Below, one piece after another: positions 62,727 through 64,000 of a stretch of 64,000 nucleotides of DNA. A program made the position numbers and the translations under genes. Source of the stretch: Candidatus Niyogibacteria bacterium (GTDB lineage: Bacteria > Patescibacteriota > Minisyncoccia > HO2-45-28). How positions within the stretch are numbered: the first letter of the stretch is position 1; every line of letters starts with the position of its first letter. The DNA lies in the NCBI GenBank assembly GCA_016181935.1, contig JACOYI010000005.1:595-64594 (forward strand), in the 5' to 3' direction. Under the pieces are notes generated by a model that was not told where the DNA came from, did no database searches, and saw only the letters and a program-made list of their open reading frames with translations.

Positions 62727-64000
62727 ATGGCCATTCAAGATCTTATTTTGCTCACGGTCGCGATGATGAATATCGTGCTGGGGTGGCTCGTGTTTTGGAA
62801 TAACCACCGCACCCCCGTGACGCGGTGGTTCGCGGTTTTTGCGTGGTCCTTGGCGCTGTGGGCGATGACGCTTGTTGGATTCCGGACAATTCCCGATGTC
62901 CGGCTCGCCGAAATTTTTCTGAAACTCGCGTACGCATCCGCTGTCGGAATTGCGGCATCTATAACGGCATTCGCGCATTATTTTCCGGACCGCAGCGCGC
63001 TCGGCCGGTTCAAGCGATGGCTTTTTATCGGGACCACCGCCGCGATCGCTGTGATCGCTCTTTTGCCGAATGTATTGATCACGCGCATCATCGAGGTCGG
63101 GCAGGTCCGCATCGGCGTTCAGGAATACATCGGCTACTCCGTATTCAGCATTTATTTTCTGGTTTACTTTTTCGGCGCGCTTTATTTTTTGTATCGTCGG
63201 TTCACGGGTGCGACGGGGGAAACGCGAACGAACATCGGTTACATTATCTGGAGTATTCTTACCGCCGGCGTTTTCGGCGTTATTTTTAATTTGATCCTGC
63301 CGTCGCCGTGGATCCAGGAATGGCGGTATACATGGATGGGGCCGCCGTTCACGGCGATCATTGTTGTTGCGGTCGCCTACGCGATTGCGAAGTATCGCCT
63401 GATGGATGTGCGGATTTTGGCCGCCGAACTTCTCACTATTACGATCGTTTTCCTGCTTTTCATCCAGAGTATTTTTTCGAGCGATGCGCGCGAGTTTTTC
63501 ACACGCATTATTTTCTTTTTGCTCGCCACGCTTTTCGGGGCGTTTCTCGTCCGGAGCGTTCGTCGCGAAGCCGAGCAAAAAGAGCGGCTCGAGCAATTGA
63601 CCAAAGAATTAGAAAGCGCGAATACGGAATTGAAAAAACTCGACCAATTAAAATCCGATTTTCTATCGTTCGCATCCCACCAGTTGCGCGGGCCGCTATC
63701 CGCCGTCAAGGGGTACGTTTCTATGATAACGGAGGGGACGTACGGCGCGATCACGCCGAAGATCGCGGACGTGCTGGGCCGCATCTACAAATCCAACGAG
63801 CAACTGATTCGGCTCGTGGATGATTTTTTGAATCTGGCGCGCATTGAGGAGGGGCGCATTGAGTATGCGTTCGCGCCCGTTTCTTTGGATGAATTGGTGG
63901 ACGACGTGGTGAGATCGCTCGCGGATAATGCCTTCAAAAAAGGCCTTGAATTGCGATGGGAACACCCGTCGCCGCCGTTGCCCGTTATCGTGGCGGACGC
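62727..64000 (+). CDS. Sensor histidine kinase with multi-TM N-terminal domain (3' end outside window)
   Basis: Not in the ORF track because no stop falls inside the window. About 6 TM helices, then HisKA H-box FLSFASHQLRGPLSAVKGYVSMI. Confidence 0.75.
   Translation, partial: MAIQDLILLTVAMMNIVLGWLVFWNNHRTPVTRWFAVFAWSLALWAMTLVGFRTIPDVRLAEIFLKLAYASAVGIAASITAFAHYFPDRSALGRFKRWLFIGTTAAIAVIALLPNVLITRIIEVGQVRIGVQEYIGYSVFSIYFLVYFFGALYFLYRRFTGATGETRTNIGYIIWSILTAGVFGVIFNLILPSPWIQEWRYTWMGPPFTAIIVVAVAYAIAKYRLMDVRILAAELLTITIVFLLFIQSIFSSDAREFFTRIIFFLLATLFGAFLVRSVRREAEQKERLEQLTKELESANTELKKLDQLKSDFLSFASHQLRGPLSAVKGYVSMITEGTYGAITPKIADVLGRIYKSNEQLIRLVDDFLNLARIEEGRIEYAFAPVSLDELVDDVVRSLADNAFKKGLELRWEHPSPPLPVIVAD

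Noticed and set aside
1-64000. CRISPR arrays, rRNA genes, RNase P, SRP or 6S RNA
   Set aside because: No regularly spaced direct repeats with unique spacers and no rRNA-like conserved blocks were seen. The short structured spacers found are better explained as the two palindromic repeat families or as terminators.

Overview
This 64-kb window comes from a visibly GC-rich bacterial chromosome with several AT-rich inserts. Gene content suggests a streamlined, possibly Patescibacteria/CPR-like organism (inference): AlaRS lacking the C-Ala domain, a 149-aa EF-Ts, a short HrcA, suf Fe-S genes (sufC-sufB-sufD, sufS, sufU), and many promoters whose -10 box sits 7-8 nt before the ATG (leaderless mRNAs). 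The core is housekeeping: transketolase C-terminal fragment, pfkB-X-fba operon, rplY, rpmE-RF1, rpsB-tsf, NDH-2, the suf genes plus nfu-iscS, sodA, htrA, clpB, rpmG-tRNA-Trp, lon, pcm, mltG, mnmA, alaS, infA-rpmJ-rpsM-rpsK-rpsD-rpoA-rplQ-rplM-rpsI, and CIRCE-hrcA-grpE-dnaK-[insert]-dnaJ. RNA genes are tRNA-Thr(UGU), tRNA-Tyr, tRNA-Thr(GGU), tRNA-Trp, tRNA-Lys, and a second tRNA gene split in its anticodon loop by an insert carrying the tRNA-Thr(UGU). Accessory content: (1) a 2.9-kb IS1595-family transposon with perfect 16-bp terminal inverted repeats and an 8-bp target duplication, carrying a Type II restriction-modification pair, inserted into a lipoprotein gene; (2) a RelE/ParE-Phd/YefM toxin-antitoxin cassette wedged between dnaK and dnaJ, with a duplicated dnaJ 5' end; (3) two families of small structured palindromic elements (about 160 bp and 68 bp, two copies each, with compensatory base changes); (4) CTCCAGC/GCTGGAG heptamer repeats inside essential genes and TCCAG arrays in spacers; (5) a tRNA-Lys integration scar followed by a large Cys-rich internally repeated protein of no recognisable family; (6) a bPH_2/AlbA_2 (Schlafen-like) membrane protein divergent from an 861-aa unknown protein upstream of lon. 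No CRISPR array or rRNA was seen.
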